From Camelus dromedarius (taxonomy: Eukaryota): a stretch of DNA of 64,000 bases. The stretch covers positions 117,926,001-117,990,000 of the forward strand of contig NC_087436.1 of NCBI RefSeq assembly GCF_036321535.1, in the 5' to 3' direction. The translations under genes were made by a program, and so were the position numbers. Below the pieces are notes generated by a model. It ran no database searches, was not told the DNA's origin, and saw nothing but the letters and a program-made list of their open reading frames with translations. The stretch's first letter is position 1. Each line of letters begins with the position of its first letter. Below are positions 1 to 11,935 of this stretch, in pieces.

Positions 1-52
1 AGCAAAATCAGAAAACTCAGATGCCGAGATGAAAACCTTGGCTGTTACTAAT

Positions 53-450
53 TTTTTTTATTGCAGTATAGTCAGTTACAATGTTGTGTCAATTTCTGGT
101 GTAGAGCATCACTTTTCAGTCATACAGATACATATGTATATATTGCTTTTCATACTCTTTCATTATAGGTTACTACAAGCTATTGAAGAGAGTTCCCTGT
201 GCTGTACAGTAGAAACTTGTTGTTTATCTATTTTATACATAATAATTAGTATCTGCAAATCTCGAACTCCCAATTTGTCCCTTCCCACCCCATTTCCCGC
301 CAGTATTGAGATCGTCATACTGAGTGAAGTAAGCCAGAAAGAGACAGAAAAATACCATATGATATCACTTTTACGTGGAATCTAAAAAAAGTGACACAAA
401 TGAACTTACTTACAAAACAGAGACAGACTCGCAGACCTAGAAAACCAACT
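53..450 (-). mobile_element. Young L1 3' end with 5' inversion
   Basis: Poly-T at 53-59 followed by L1 3'UTR on the minus strand to about 301, then L1 ORF2-end/3'UTR on the plus strand (ctgagtgaagtaagccagaaagagacagaaaaataccatatgatatcac) to about 450. Confidence 0.85.
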
Positions 451-2644
451 TTTCGTCGCTGTTGTTCTTAATGCCTGTCTTTACTCTCAGGATGAAAACT
501 CCCCGCAGCCGCCACTGTGGCTGTTCTCACTGTAGAATTCTCCACGTCTACACCATGCCTGACACTTAGGTGCTTAATAAATGTTGGCTAAATGAACACA
601 GTAATGCCATTATTAATAGGAGATTGCATGATGTAGGATAAAAAAAAGTCTTTTATCTTATGAATTGAGCATTACATATTCTGTCTTGTCTCTATGAGGT
701 AGCATCGTTTGCCTGTTATTCTCTATCTCTCTCATTCTTTCCCACCTTCTCTGAATCTCTACCTCTGTCCATTCTCCAGTCTGACCCAGTCTGAGCTCTC
801 CAGCAGGCCCAGGGCCACTGTCATTTTGGTCTGATGGTCTCTGAGCTTGAGCCCCTCCTCTCCTGGATCTCTGCTCCTCCCCGGCCCTCTAGGCAGCCCC
901 CATTCCTCCCCACGGGGAATTGCCAAACCCCAAGTCTAGGGCTGTCTGGAACCCTAAATCCAGGTTCTGGTGCGACCCAGTGCTGGTCTCAGTGACAGGC
1001 TGAGGCTGGGTGCAAACCTCCTGATGGACATAAAAAAGATGTCAGGAATCTGAAAAAACACGATTTGGCTGGAGCCCTGCCTTAATCTTTCATGAGCTGT
1101 CTTAGTTGAAAGGCTTCTTTTTTTTTTTTTTTTCTTTTTTGGCGCGCAGTTTATCTGAGAACTGCTTGGCACTTGGGAATTTTCCACTGGCACAAGCCAA
1201 GCCTACTGGTGCCAAGATAGGAGAGAAGAAATATCAGACAAAATGGACCCTGCTTTCCTGCCAGTCTCAATTTGGGAGGCTTTTTCCATCCTTGGGGCCA
1301 TTTGTGAGAAATCAAGCTCCGAGGCCTTCTAGGGAAAATCTTTTAATTTTTTTATTCTCCAGCATGGAAATTCTGCACATTTGAATATTAAGTAGTGACA
1401 TGAGCAGGGTTTGGGGCAGCAAGGCCAAGAAAAATTATGTGTGCTTATTCTTTTTTTAAATTTTATGATGGGGAGGCCATGAGGTTTCTTCAGCCTGAAG
1501 AGGCTTGATCAAACCATGACTGCTACCCACGGCATCATGGCTTGGGCAAATCACAGCATCTCCTTGTCCTCAGTTTCTGCTCCACACAAAGAGCGAATGG
1601 TACTTCCCTAAGTTAGTGTGGGGAGGAGCCCTGTGAATTCTATGCTCCCTCTTTCTGGTGTGTATGTGGTGTGAGCTGGGTCCTCAGCTGGGAAGCTGGA
1701 CCTTAGAGGGTGAGCCTTGGGCAAGGGAGGGAGGAGACTGCCTGTATCTCTTCGATTAGTGTTCACAACAGGCAGGGGGAGCTGGCAGGGCAGCGTCTGG
1801 GCTGTGGGTACTAAGATGGAAGCAGGTCAGAAGCTAGGATGGCGTAGCTTGCTGAGTACTTGTATGTCACTCTCCATATTTATTCCCGTTTTGGAATCCT
1901 CTGGCCTCTAGGGGAAAAAAAGTCAGGATAGAAATCTGCTTCAAGGGAAGAATCTCTGTGAAGTGGGTGGAAATGTGTGGGACCCCTGAGCAGGCTAACA
2001 ATTTTCCTCTCCAGCTGATGCTCCCTAAGTACTTACTTCGTGTTTGTGGGGAAGGGGTGGCGTGGAGAAGGAGGACCCCTGGTGGCAGTTCAGCATCTCC
2101 TCCGCTGTCGTAACAATTCTGCTCTGGCCCAGACTTGCAGGTTTCACAGAGTAAAATGAAACTTCTGCAGTTAACTGGGACCTCCCTACTTAGACTAGAG
2201 TTTAGCAGCCGTTCCACTGATCGTGAAGTCTGCCTCTGGAGGCAGGGGAGGTCTTATTCTCCAGCTCACGTGGGGATTCTTTCCAGGCAGTCTACTCTTG
2301 AGAGAAGTTCTGTAAGTACAACGTCTCCATCTGACTGTCCCGGGCATGATTGGCCCCTCTCGTAGGTGGGCTTCAGGGAAATGTGCAGCTGTTGGCCCTT
2401 CATCTGGGCTCAGTGAGCATGTCTAAGGGGGACAACCCAGCCTCTCCCAGACCAGAAAGGTGGATCATGGTAGCAGCAGCCAGCAGCACGATGTCCACAA
2501 AGAAAGGATCATTGGGACTGTGATGGCCCCACCCCATCCCGCAATGGAGATTCTCTTCCCATTGCCAGCTTGAGAGTTAAGGGTTTCTTTATATCAACAT
2601 GTATGTAGCACGGTGTCTGACACACAGTGGGCATTTCATGGGAA

Positions 2645-2830
2645 GCGATGTGGCCAAGAGAGTGGGCTTTGAATCTAAATTTTCTGGTTTGAACTACAAG
2701 CTGTGGGACTTTGGGGAGATTGCATAAACCCTCACTGCCCTTCCTTCTCATCTGTAAAATGGGAATTATAATACTACTTACTTTATTTGGTTGTTCTGAG
2801 GACTAAATGAAATGATCTTTTTAGTGCTAG
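2645..2830 (+). mobile_element. MIR SINE fragment
   Basis: MIR core: ctcatctgtaaaatgggaattataatactact...gaggactaaatgaaatga. Confidence 0.75.
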
Positions 2831-2849
2831 CACTGGGTGTATCATATCG

Positions 2850-3294
2850 CGCTAAGCAGCATAAAAGTACCCAGAGAGGTCCACGTTCTAGTCCCCAGAA
2901 TCTGTGACCATGTCAGGTTTCACAGCATTAAGATGAGGAGTTACGATGGCAGATGGTATTAAGGTCCTTAATGTCCTCGAGATTATCTTGGATTAGCAGC
3001 GGTCCAGTGTAATCATAAGGCTCTCTAGAGTGGAAGAGGGAGGCAGAAGAGAGATGGCAGCCTGAGAAGGTTTTGATAAAAGCTGATCATCCTGAAGATG
3101 TAGGAAGGGGTCATGGCCAAGAAACATGACAGCCTCTAGAAGCTGAAAAAACAAGGAGACAGATTCTGCCTTAGGGCCTTCAGAAGGAACCAGGGAGACT
3201 GATTTTGGACTTTTGATAACCAAACCGTTAGAGAATAACTTTGTGCTATTTCAAAGTTCCAGGAATTTTGTGGCATTTTTTGAAAACTAATACA
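2850..3294 (+). mobile_element. MaLR solo LTR (MLT1D-like)
   Basis: gtccacgttctagtccccagaatctgtgac...gagattatcttggatta...cagcctctagaagctg...aaaactaataca match MLT1 LTR hallmarks. Confidence 0.8.
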
Positions 3295-3359
3295 GCTGGG
3301 TACAGGGAAGGGCTTCCTTCCTGTGTGTATTTGCCCTTTTCCAGAGGGGAACTAAGACA

Positions 3360-3872
3360 GTATTAGTTATGTAGTACCAACTCACTTAAACTAGCAGCTT
3401 AATCAGTCTCCCATTGATCATCTCATAGCTTCTGTGGGTTGGGAGTCTGGGCGCGGCTTGGCTGAGTCCTCTGCCCTGGATCTTGTGACCAGGTGTTGAC
3501 TGGGGTGGTCTCGCCCAAGGCTTGACTGGGGAGGGCATCCGCTTCCAAGCTCGCGTTGTTGTCGCCAGTTCCTTGCAGACTGCTGGACTGAGGGCCCACT
3601 TTCTTTTTGGCTGGAGGCTGAGGCTGCCCTCAGGTCACTGCCATGTGGCCCTCTCCATAGGGCAGCTTACAACAAGGCAGCCAGCTCCTTCACACCCAGC
3701 AAGACAGTCGTCAGTCCTAGGTCATGTAATCACACATGCCTAACCCCACACATCCATCATCTTCTCCACAGTCCGTGTGTCCAGCAGCACATCATGGGTC
3801 CTGCCCACCCCTGAAGAGAGGGGCTCACATTAGAGCACGAACATCAGGTCACAGGGCCACCCTAGAGTTTGT
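3360..3872 (-). mobile_element. MaLR solo LTR (MLT1F-like)
   Basis: tctcatagcttctgtgggttgggagtctgggcgcggcttggctgagtcctctg...gactggggagggcatccgcttccaagctc is typical reverse-strand MLT1E/F sequence. Confidence 0.75.
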
Positions 3873-3919
3873 TCCCCATTAAGTTCCAGAAAGGATCAGA
3901 AGGGAGTCCAGGGAGTCAA

Positions 3920-4130
3920 TGTGACGTGGGGATCAAAAGCATTGGCTCTGAAAGCTATGCTTTGGGTCAAATTCCAACTGTGGCACTTCCTGGAAGAGTT
4001 GTTAGCACCCTAAGCCTCCTTTATCTCATCTGTAAAATGGGGATAAGAGACCCCCAGCCTCGTAGAACTGTTCTGAAGTTTCTAGTTGATCCTGAATGTA
4101 AAAATCTTAGCCGGGTCTCTACTCCCAGGA
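3920..4130 (+). mobile_element. MIR SINE fragment
   Basis: ctaagcctcctttatctcatctgtaaaatggggataag core. Confidence 0.7.
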
Positions 4131-4372
4131 AGGCCTAAATCAATGTCACTCATGTTCAGTGTATTCCCATCAGACGCTGGTTTGTTTTCTATGGGAGGGG
4201 GTGTGCAGTTGTGGATTCCAGGAGGAAGTTTCATCTGTGTCAGAGGATGCTCCTATCTCCCAGCTTCCATCCTCCCTGACCCCCTCTGGGGATGGGGTCC
4301 CCCAGTGTTGGCTGGTGTCTTAGGCAGCTCAACCAAATTTCCAAAACCTGGGGCTTAAACAAGAGACATTTG

Positions 4373-4522
4373 CTTCTTCCATTTTCATTTCTCACTTTGT
4401 TTATTTGTGTGCTCTCTCTTTCCTGCTTGGTGAGCCTGGCCAGAGGTTTGTCGATTTTGTTTACTCTTTCAAAAATCCAGCTCTTGGTTTGATTGACTTT
4501 TGTGTATTGTTTTTTTAATCTC
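4373..4522 (-). mobile_element. Isolated internal L1 ORF2 fragment, no poly-A
   Basis: Translates in ORF 4240..4803 to [41 protein letters not shown], matching the L1 ORF2 motif [23 protein letters not shown]. Confidence 0.9.
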
Positions 4523-4534
4523 CGTAAAACCAAT

Positions 4535-4852
4535 CTTCTCAACACCTCTTGCAGGAAGAATGACCACGTGACCAAATCTGGTCTAGCAGATGTGAGTGTC
4601 CTCATAAGGAGTGGGCGTGTCCTCCCATCCCTCCTCCCTCTTTCCTCCAGCAGAAAGGTGATGGGAGCAAGTGCTGACCACAGCCCATCGTGATGGCAGA
4701 AAACAGGACAGAACGGTCCTGGCTCCTGACCCCTCATCAGCCCTGGACTCTCTACCCTGATGCTCACATGAGCAAAAAATAAACTTCTTCCTCTTGAAGT
4801 CACTAAACAAAGGTCGCTTGTTAAAATGGCCTCATCAGGGTCTTATTTAATA
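4535..4852 (+). mobile_element. Old MaLR LTR remnant (MLT1H/J-like)
   Basis: gaccacgtgaccaaatctggtc...agccctggact...catgagcaaaaaataaacttc...gaagtcact motifs. Confidence 0.6.
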
Positions 4853-4944
4853 CGAGGTTATTTACTGGCTTTCTCTGTGAAGAACACTGGCAGCAAGACG
4901 TAGAGATGAATGAAACGCAGTCTCTGCTTTACAACCATGTGTGA

Positions 4945-5240
4945 GTCCTGCCTTAGCCTGGAGCCCCAGAAAGCAGCATCTGAGACAAAGACCTCTGCGT
5001 GAGGACTTTGCCGAGAAGCATGGTCCTAGGGGCAGGGGTTGGGGGCAGCGTGTGAAGCTGGGTAGAAGGATGCACTGGCCCCACTCTGGATGACTGTTGA
5101 CCCGACGTCCTCCAACTATTTTGTGAGAATCGTCTCAGAAGGATCTTTCAGGGGAGAGAGAGCAAAGCGACTTTCCATTGGCTCCTGACTGCCCTTGGCC
5201 AAGGTTAACCCCTGAGTTGTTAATTCCTCACACTGCTGGG
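4945..5240 (-). mobile_element. ERV-L LTR remnant (LTR16-like)
   Basis: ccccagaaagcagcatctgagacaaag...ccattggctcctgactgcccttggccaagg resembles the reverse strand of LTR16. Confidence 0.55.
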
Positions 5241-5429
5241 TGGTGCCTGAAGTCACACGGCTGAGGAGCAACAGAGCCAGGTTTGAATCCGAGTGGCTCC
5301 CCTCCGAGCCGCTGCCCCCATCCATGTCTTTGGAGCCCCTGGTGATCACCTGACTCCCTGTGTCCTGGGGCCCCGAGGCACCGCATTGCCCCTGGCCCTT
5401 CTGCAGGTACCTCTGCGGCACTACTGATT

Positions 5430-6790
5430 GACCGAGTTTCCTCGGCTCTGTCCTCAGGGCCATCTGGAGGGAAGCTGGGTGCAGCGGCCTTTGTCCCCAC
5501 AAAGGTCTTGAGCTGACGTCAGCTTCCCTGTCCTCCATCCATCCTAGGGGACACTCATGAATAGCAGGTGTGGGCAGAGAGTGCCATGGGCCTGTGCCAC
5601 CTCTTTCTTCAGCGTACTGATACCCTCTAGACTTGCTTAAGCCCAGTCTCCACTGTGCCCATCCACCTTACAAAGGGTGGCTTACGGAGGCCTGCTGGGC
5701 ACTCCTGACCACGTGGCTTAATGAATCAGACAACGTCTGGCACGCGATGGACACGGCCACTACGTGGTCACGTGATATTCTAAAGTCAGACGCTGCACCA
5801 CGATGCATTAGTCTGGTAGGATCTACTTTCCAAAGGGTCCCAAGGGTCCTCCTGCTGATGACATAGCCCTGCTCCAGAACCTGGGAGTCTGCACTGCGAC
5901 TTTCGAGCTGGGGCTTCCAGCTGGAGACCCGCTGCAGCTTCTTCCTGCAGCAGCAGACCTAGAACCGCAGGCCCCTGGCTGGCCTCGCTGGGCCTGCGGC
6001 CGAGCTGTTCCTCGCCCTGGGTCCCTCTCAGAGCTAGAAGCCTTTGTATCACTTGAGAAGTCGATGAAGCAGTATTGGCAAGTGTGGAATATACCGACCT
6101 CAGAACCCAAAGGGGTCTACCTGTAGCCACGCTTCCGCCCTACCGGTTGAAGGTGCGAAGCGCCACAGCTGTCCCCTTCTGGACGGGCTATCCCAGCGTG
6201 CCCCGGAGCACTGGATCCCTGAAAACTTCATCCATACGCTGCCCCCAGCCCTTGGGAGCTCATGTATCTTACCAAGGCTTTGGGTCCAGTGAATATAATG
6301 CCATGTGTATGGGCTCTCAGTATGGTAATCTGAGGGACATCCAGAAGGTCTAGGATCAACCTATGTTGGGACAGAAAGTGGGAAGTTCATCTAGAAAAGC
6401 TGTGAGTGTAGACTGCTGCCCATGCCGTGTGACCACATGCTGTTCCCCATCCGTCTTCATAACGGGCATCACAGACAATGCCTTCTGCACGTCAAGAGCC
6501 ACATCCTGTGTATCGGATTAAATCTGCTCCAGTAAAGATACAATGTCTGGAGTAGCAGCTGCAGTTGGAGCAATTAATTGGTTAAGTTCGTGGTAATCCA
6601 CTGTCCTCTGCCATGATTCATTCGATATTCCCAGAGGCCAGGCCTGACTGTCACGTCCTCTGCCCTCATGGGAACGCCATGAGGGTACCTTGGCACTCCT
6701 CATCGTCAACTCAGACTCTGTATCCAACAATCTTCAAAAGCTAGGGGTATTTCTTTCCTCCAGTGTACAATTAGCCACACAAATGGCCAT
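5430..6790 (-). pseudogene. pol: ERV-L pro-pol remnant (dead)
   Basis: LLDTESELT (cf. LLDTGSELT), WQRTVDYHELNQLIAPTAAATPDIVSLLEQI (cf. WRMTVDYRKLNQVVTPIAAAVPDVVSLLEQI), FWSRAMSSA..PFGK (cf. FWSKALPSS..PFEK). The YIDD position reads HTHG; stops and frameshifts are present. Confidence 0.9.
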
Positions 6791-6949
6791 AGGTTCTTTT
6801 TGAGACGATCTCAGGAAATCATTCCTGGAGTGGTACAAGGTCCTTCCTCCTGGAGACTCAAGCTGTTTCTTCAATCAATGGAAACTTGAAAATTCATTCT
6901 TAAAAATTGGCAAAGAATGATGGCTTTTTCTAAGTCATAATGGCTGACA

Positions 6950-8580
6950 CAAGCCTTCTGCTCATCTTTTGGCTTTTGATTTTATATTAATTTATTAATT
7001 GATGAGTTTCTTTTTTGGCTTCCTAGCCTTCTCACTTCAGGAACACTGTGTTCTATTAGACATGTCCCTAGATATTTGCGCGCTAGGGGTCCCTGATGGC
7101 CTGTCTAGGGTGACCATGCCCACCCTGTTTCGGACAGTAAATTGCAGCTACCTCCCCTCTGCTGTGTGGGGGTCACGCCATGCTCCTTGCTGCTGAGCAG
7201 CTCAGTTTATAACAGCCTCTGCCCCCACCAGCCCCAGATTACAGAGGCGGGCCGCGGAGGAGCTCCGCAGTGATGCCTCTCCCCCTCTCCCCAGGCATTT
7301 CATACGGCCCTGGTAAATGCAGGCTCCTTCAAGCCTTTCTGGAGAACAGAGTCAGCCAGTGGGTTCTCTGCTCTGATATGTAGATCCACTATAGCATGCC
7401 CTCTTCTCTCAGTCTTTTGATCCCTTCTTCCAGACCCTTCCGTCACAGTCTGACATCTCTACTTCATATAATGAGGTCCATCGCTTTTTCACATCTTCTC
7501 AGAACAGCATTTTAGAACCACTTCCTGGGTCCCTTTGTCAAGGTACTAAGGCCTGTATATTGGGAGAGTGCCCCCAGCAAAATACCCCTCACCCAGCTTT
7601 TAAAAAATTTTTATTTCATTTATTTATTTATTTTGAGAGGGGGAGGTAATTAGGTTTATTTATTTGTTCTTTTTAGATGAGATACCGGGGATTGAATCCA
7701 GGACCTTGTGCATGCTAAGCACGTGCTGTACCACTGAGCTACACCCTCCTCCCCCTGCCAGCTTTGTATTCTACCTCCTTGACCCAGTACCTTCAGGTCC
7801 ACTCCAGAGGGGACTCTCAGCTTCCTGCTGGTACACGTGAGCCAGTCCTTAAACTCTCTGGGGACACGTCATCCTTCTCCTCCCTTAGAAGACTTAGCAC
7901 TTCCCCAGTTGAAGGTCACACTGAGCTTGACCCTAACTGTTGGTCTGCCGGCTGGGAGGGAAGTGGGGGAGTTTTATCTTGTAAGGCATCCCCTTCTCTT
8001 GAAGCTTCAGTATAGGCTTCAAGCAGGGGACCCCCCAGGACCTTCTAACGAGGGGAATGGGCCCCGCTCCAGGGTCAGAGGGTCCAAGGGAATCTCAAAC
8101 TTCTCAGGTGCACCTCCTCAGGGGTCTCCAGCCCAAGTCTCAAGCATCTCCTCTGTCCTCCTCATTGCCCCGACATTGGCATAGGAGACTCAACGGGGTT
8201 GAGAATCCCGCCTTCCCTGAAGTTCTGCCACCTAACAATTAAGTTCGTCTGCCCTCCAGCTGCACAGATAAAAGGCTCTGAACCATAGCCACGAGGGTCC
8301 TCTGACTCCCACACTTGACTGTGAATTGGTGGTTAATCAGGCTTAGCCTGTTGCTCCCTGCCTTCAGTTCATCACTGGTGCCAAGCAACAGTCACTCAAC
8401 TGCACAGATCTTTCAGTTAGGGTTTGTCCTCTATCTCCCAAACTTCAGAGACAGCGCACAGGCTAATGCATATTCCCTGCGCCTGCAAATAGCCCAATTA
8501 ACACGGGCGAAATTCTCAGCAACCTTACTGCTACCCACCGCAGGCTGGGGGCTCCCCCGACTACCAGTGTTGGGTTCCTC
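6950..8580 (-). pseudogene. gag: ERV-L gag remnant (dead), interrupted by a SINE
   Basis: About 7381-7431 on the minus strand translates EEGIKRLREEGML*WI (cf. ERV-L EEGIQRLREIGMLEWI); near 7050 it reads CLIEHSVP (cf. WLINHGVP). Confidence 0.8.
7597..7753 (-). mobile_element. tRNA-Ala-derived SINE (camelid Vic-1-like), long form
   Basis: Minus strand gggtgtagctcagtggtacagcacgtgcttagcatgcacaaggtcctggattcaatcccc plus aaacctaattacctcccc and an A-rich tail; flanked by ccagcttt repeats. Confidence 0.9.
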
Positions 8581-8659
8581 ATCACCAACTGGCTGGCAAG
8601 AGACCCAGCTCTCGATTCTGTCTTGAGGATCTGTTTCTCAGGACTCGCGCTGGTACCAA

Positions 8660-9095
8660 ATGTGTTCAGTTGGGTTCCCTGGGATCAGAGCCCATGATAG
8701 GGACTCTTGTGCAACTGACATGTTGACAGAACATTTTCGGATGACGTCTGTAAGAGTGAGAGCAGCAGACCAGAGCCAGGGACGCAACTTGGCAAAGATG
8801 TGGATTCAGCTCAAGTCTAACCTTGGCTTGATCCCACGGGGAGTTCTGGAGTGTCTCATTTTGAGGCAAGGTGGATGAGACTTTGTATATACATATTAGT
8901 CAGAAATTGGCTGCACACAGACCCTGGCCAGCATAAGGACAGGGTGTAACTCCTCAAATATATTCCAGAGAGCAAACAGCAGTGTTCCAGGGAAGGGGCA
9001 ACTGAGAGTCACTAGCGGCCACCATTAGTGTAGCAAGAGGGATGGACGCCCACCCGGTGAATGGGGTCCAGCTGACCACTGTCAGCATCGACTAC
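8660..9095 (-). mobile_element. 5' LTR of the ERV-L provirus (LTR16-superfamily-like)
   Basis: Begins tgtgttcagttgggttccctggg on the plus strand, adjacent to the PBS; ends near actaca. Confidence 0.7.
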
Positions 9096-10339
9096 AGTTT
9101 ATCTCTGAGTTCATATTATTTAGTTCTCTAGCCTTTTAAAATCAGCCTCTTCCCTAGCATTTTTCTCTTTGGTCCCCCCAAATCCTAAAATGAAATGAAA
9201 CCAGTCAAAGGTTGACCAGGAAAATAGGACAGAGTGACCAGAGGGATTGAGCTGGGCCAAGGAAAATATTTTGACTCACAAGTTGTGTCTCGCTGTTAAC
9301 TAAACATCGATTTTATTCCTTGGCACTTTACAGATTACAGAGCACTCTCAGATCTTTTTGACTCGAATGAACCACACAGCAACTGTAGAATGGGGGAGTC
9401 TCCTTGTCCCCAGATGAGTGAAGGGATTATTCTAAGGTCTCGAAGTTGGTAATCGGAAGAGCCAGAAAGAACAGCCACGCCCTGGCACCTTCCATCAGAG
9501 CTCCCTGACTCTGTCGACCTCTAGATGTCCATTTTGGGGCCATCATTCAATCTGAAATGCGCACTTTTTCCTTCACTCAAGGAAAAATACAAGCTAGCGT
9601 GGACTATGGTTTTCTTGAACTGTAATCGAATGTTTCGGAGTTACAGATGTGGATATATCCAAGCTTAGAGGGTTAGCCACAGAAGTTGATTTGTCTATTT
9701 GTACACGGACAACGGCCAGGTGATCAAATTGCCTGCTTCCCTGACCTCCTGTCTGTCCATCCCTTTCTGGGCTGAAATCAAGAGTTGCTTCCACTCAAGA
9801 AGAGGGCTGGGCAATTTGACTCGTGGAAACACGTGGTTCCATTACCAGCTGACAGCTGTTTGGCAGCGCTGGGGGAGCTGACGGGCTGTGCGCACAGTAG
9901 GAAGGCTTCTCAAAGTCGTCGTTTTGGGGGTGGGCAGGGCGGTGTGTCCAGGGAGCTGTCTCACGGGCGCGCATTGTGTGCAGCTGCAAATCACTGCAGA
10001 ATGTCCTCGACATTTTCCACTCTTCACACAGGGCCAGTGACTATTTTCTCCTCTCCGGATGACAGAAAACTGCAAACTTTAACCTCCCGGCCAATGATCC
10101 TTCCTCCCACCCTGGCTGCGTCATTCCTCCACTCTGGTGACCTCTGTTTCACAATCTGGACCACATCTTGAGGCTCCTCTCCGGTTATCCCTCCAGAAAT
10201 GCCTCCTTTCTGCTTGCAACTCTGACATTGGAGCATCTGCTTGGTCACTGTCTCAACCACCCGTTTTAATCTGGCATCACCCTTAGAACCATCGTTTTCT
10301 AGCTTAGGTATTTATTTGTTTCTCGCTTCCTATTCCCCC

Positions 10340-10460
10340 TGACCCTCCACACACACTTGGAGTGTAAGCTCCATGAGGGCAGGACCTGGACCTGTCTTGT
10401 TCAGTGCTCACTCCCTAGTGCCCTGGCACATAGTAGGTGCTCAGTAAATGTTTACTGAAG
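10340..10460 (+). mobile_element. L2 3' end fragment
   Basis: tgtaagctccatgagggcagg...cctggcacatagtaggtgctcagtaaatgtttactgaa. Confidence 0.8.
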
Positions 10461-11799
10461 AGTGTCCCTGCTAGCTGGGATCCTTCCAACATGCCCAGTC
10501 CCCCCTCCCCCAAAACTGGGAAGCAGTCGGTGTGACAGGAGAGGAGATGGGCTGGGGTAGGGGGTTCCCCCAGGGATGCTCAGTTGGTTCCACATACTCT
10601 CCCCATGAGTCCACAGAGGTGGGGTTTCCACATCAGGCCTGGCCTCAGCTGCCTGCAAACTCCCACATTCCCCTGGGTGGCCCCCTCGCCACTGCTCTGT
10701 ACAGAGAGTAAAACCAGACACAGAGCAGATGATCATCCATGTGGAGGTTCAAGGACACTTGCTGATGGACGAAACGTCACCTAAGAGAAGGGAGGCATGG
10801 ATAAGACAGTGCCCGAGCTCACACGACATCCACCGGGACATCTCAGGATGACACTGGGTGAAATCAAGGAAGCCCAGGTCCACAGCCATGAGCAGGACAC
10901 CCCTAAAAGTGTACCAGATCCTTGGTCTGTGGAAAAAAAGCCATTTTTGGCCCTCATCTGCCAGTGTCAGTGTGGCTTGCATCACATAAAGGAAAGGGCA
11001 GGGAGCGATGTTTGTTTGCACACACTGGGTACCGCCTGCCGTGTGGCATGTGCCGTGTTGATTTCTCTATCCACCTCCTGTCTAGTTAGTGTCTAACAAT
11101 CCATCTCCGACTGTCCCTCAAGGATCTAGAGTGGCTTACAAATACTCAAAATCCAAGTTGGTCAAAGAGAAAGCTGAGGAAAAACAATCAGGTCAAAGAG
11201 GAAATGAAGGCAGGAAAAAATTCAAGGCAAGCAAGGTGAAATTGGTCCACCGTGTGGACAGCGAGGTTCAGGAGACTTGGCAGAGGTGGGTCATAGGTTC
11301 GGCTCTGGCCAACCAGCATCCAGGGCAGAGAGACACGTGGCCGGGCACATGATGCTGGGTGCCCACAAGGAGAAACTAAACCAGTTGCTAATAAGCTGGT
11401 ACTGGACTGAGAGTGACGCAACTCTTCCTGGTCCCACAGGGCTTCAGAAGGCTAGCACAGTGGGAGGCAGAGACCCGTGTCCTCAGCAACACCCTCACAG
11501 TAACCGAGGTGGCTGGTCCCTACAGCATCCTGCGTGCAGGCGTCTGGCACCACACCGGATGAAAACGCAGGAGCACCTTCAGTGGGCGGGGACGGGATGG
11601 GCTAGAAGGCCGAGTGTTTTGGAGAATGGGCAGACTCTAAGTCACCAGGAATTCCTCCATCAATACTTCGCTGTTCTCCTCTCTGCTGGGCTTCTGAGAC
11701 TACTGAGTGGTGGGCTCTGGGTTCTGTTACACGTGGCCAATGAGGTACAGGAGACCTGTCCATCTGCACAGTCGTCCAAGCTGATCTTTGTTAACTTTC

Positions 11800-11935
11800 C
11801 CACCAGCTCTGTGAGCCAAGTAGTATTGTCTCCATTTGCAGTAGGAACCAAGAGGACTAAGTAACTTGCCCATGTCACCCAACTCCTAAGTGACAGGCTT
11901 GGGTTCCAAACCCAGGGCGGTCTGACCCCAGAGCT
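11800..11935 (-). mobile_element. MIR fragment
   Basis: taagtaacttgcccatgtcacccaact...aagtgacagg...ttccaaacccagg. Confidence 0.7.

Larger units (their letters stand above)
5430..9095 (-). mobile_element. Decayed ERV-L (HERV16/ERVL-E-like) provirus: 5' LTR, PBS, gag, pro, RT; 3'-truncated
   Basis: Protein remnants match ERV-L gag, pro and pol (see sub-features). Minus-strand tttggtaccagcgcgagtcctgagaaacag directly after the LTR matches the ERV-L PBS region. Confidence 0.9.

Noticed and set aside
4945..5240. LTR as the 3' LTR of the ERV-L provirus
   Set aside because: Differs from the 8660-9095 LTR beyond general family resemblance, is separated from pol by a MIR-like fragment, and integrase/PPT are missing.
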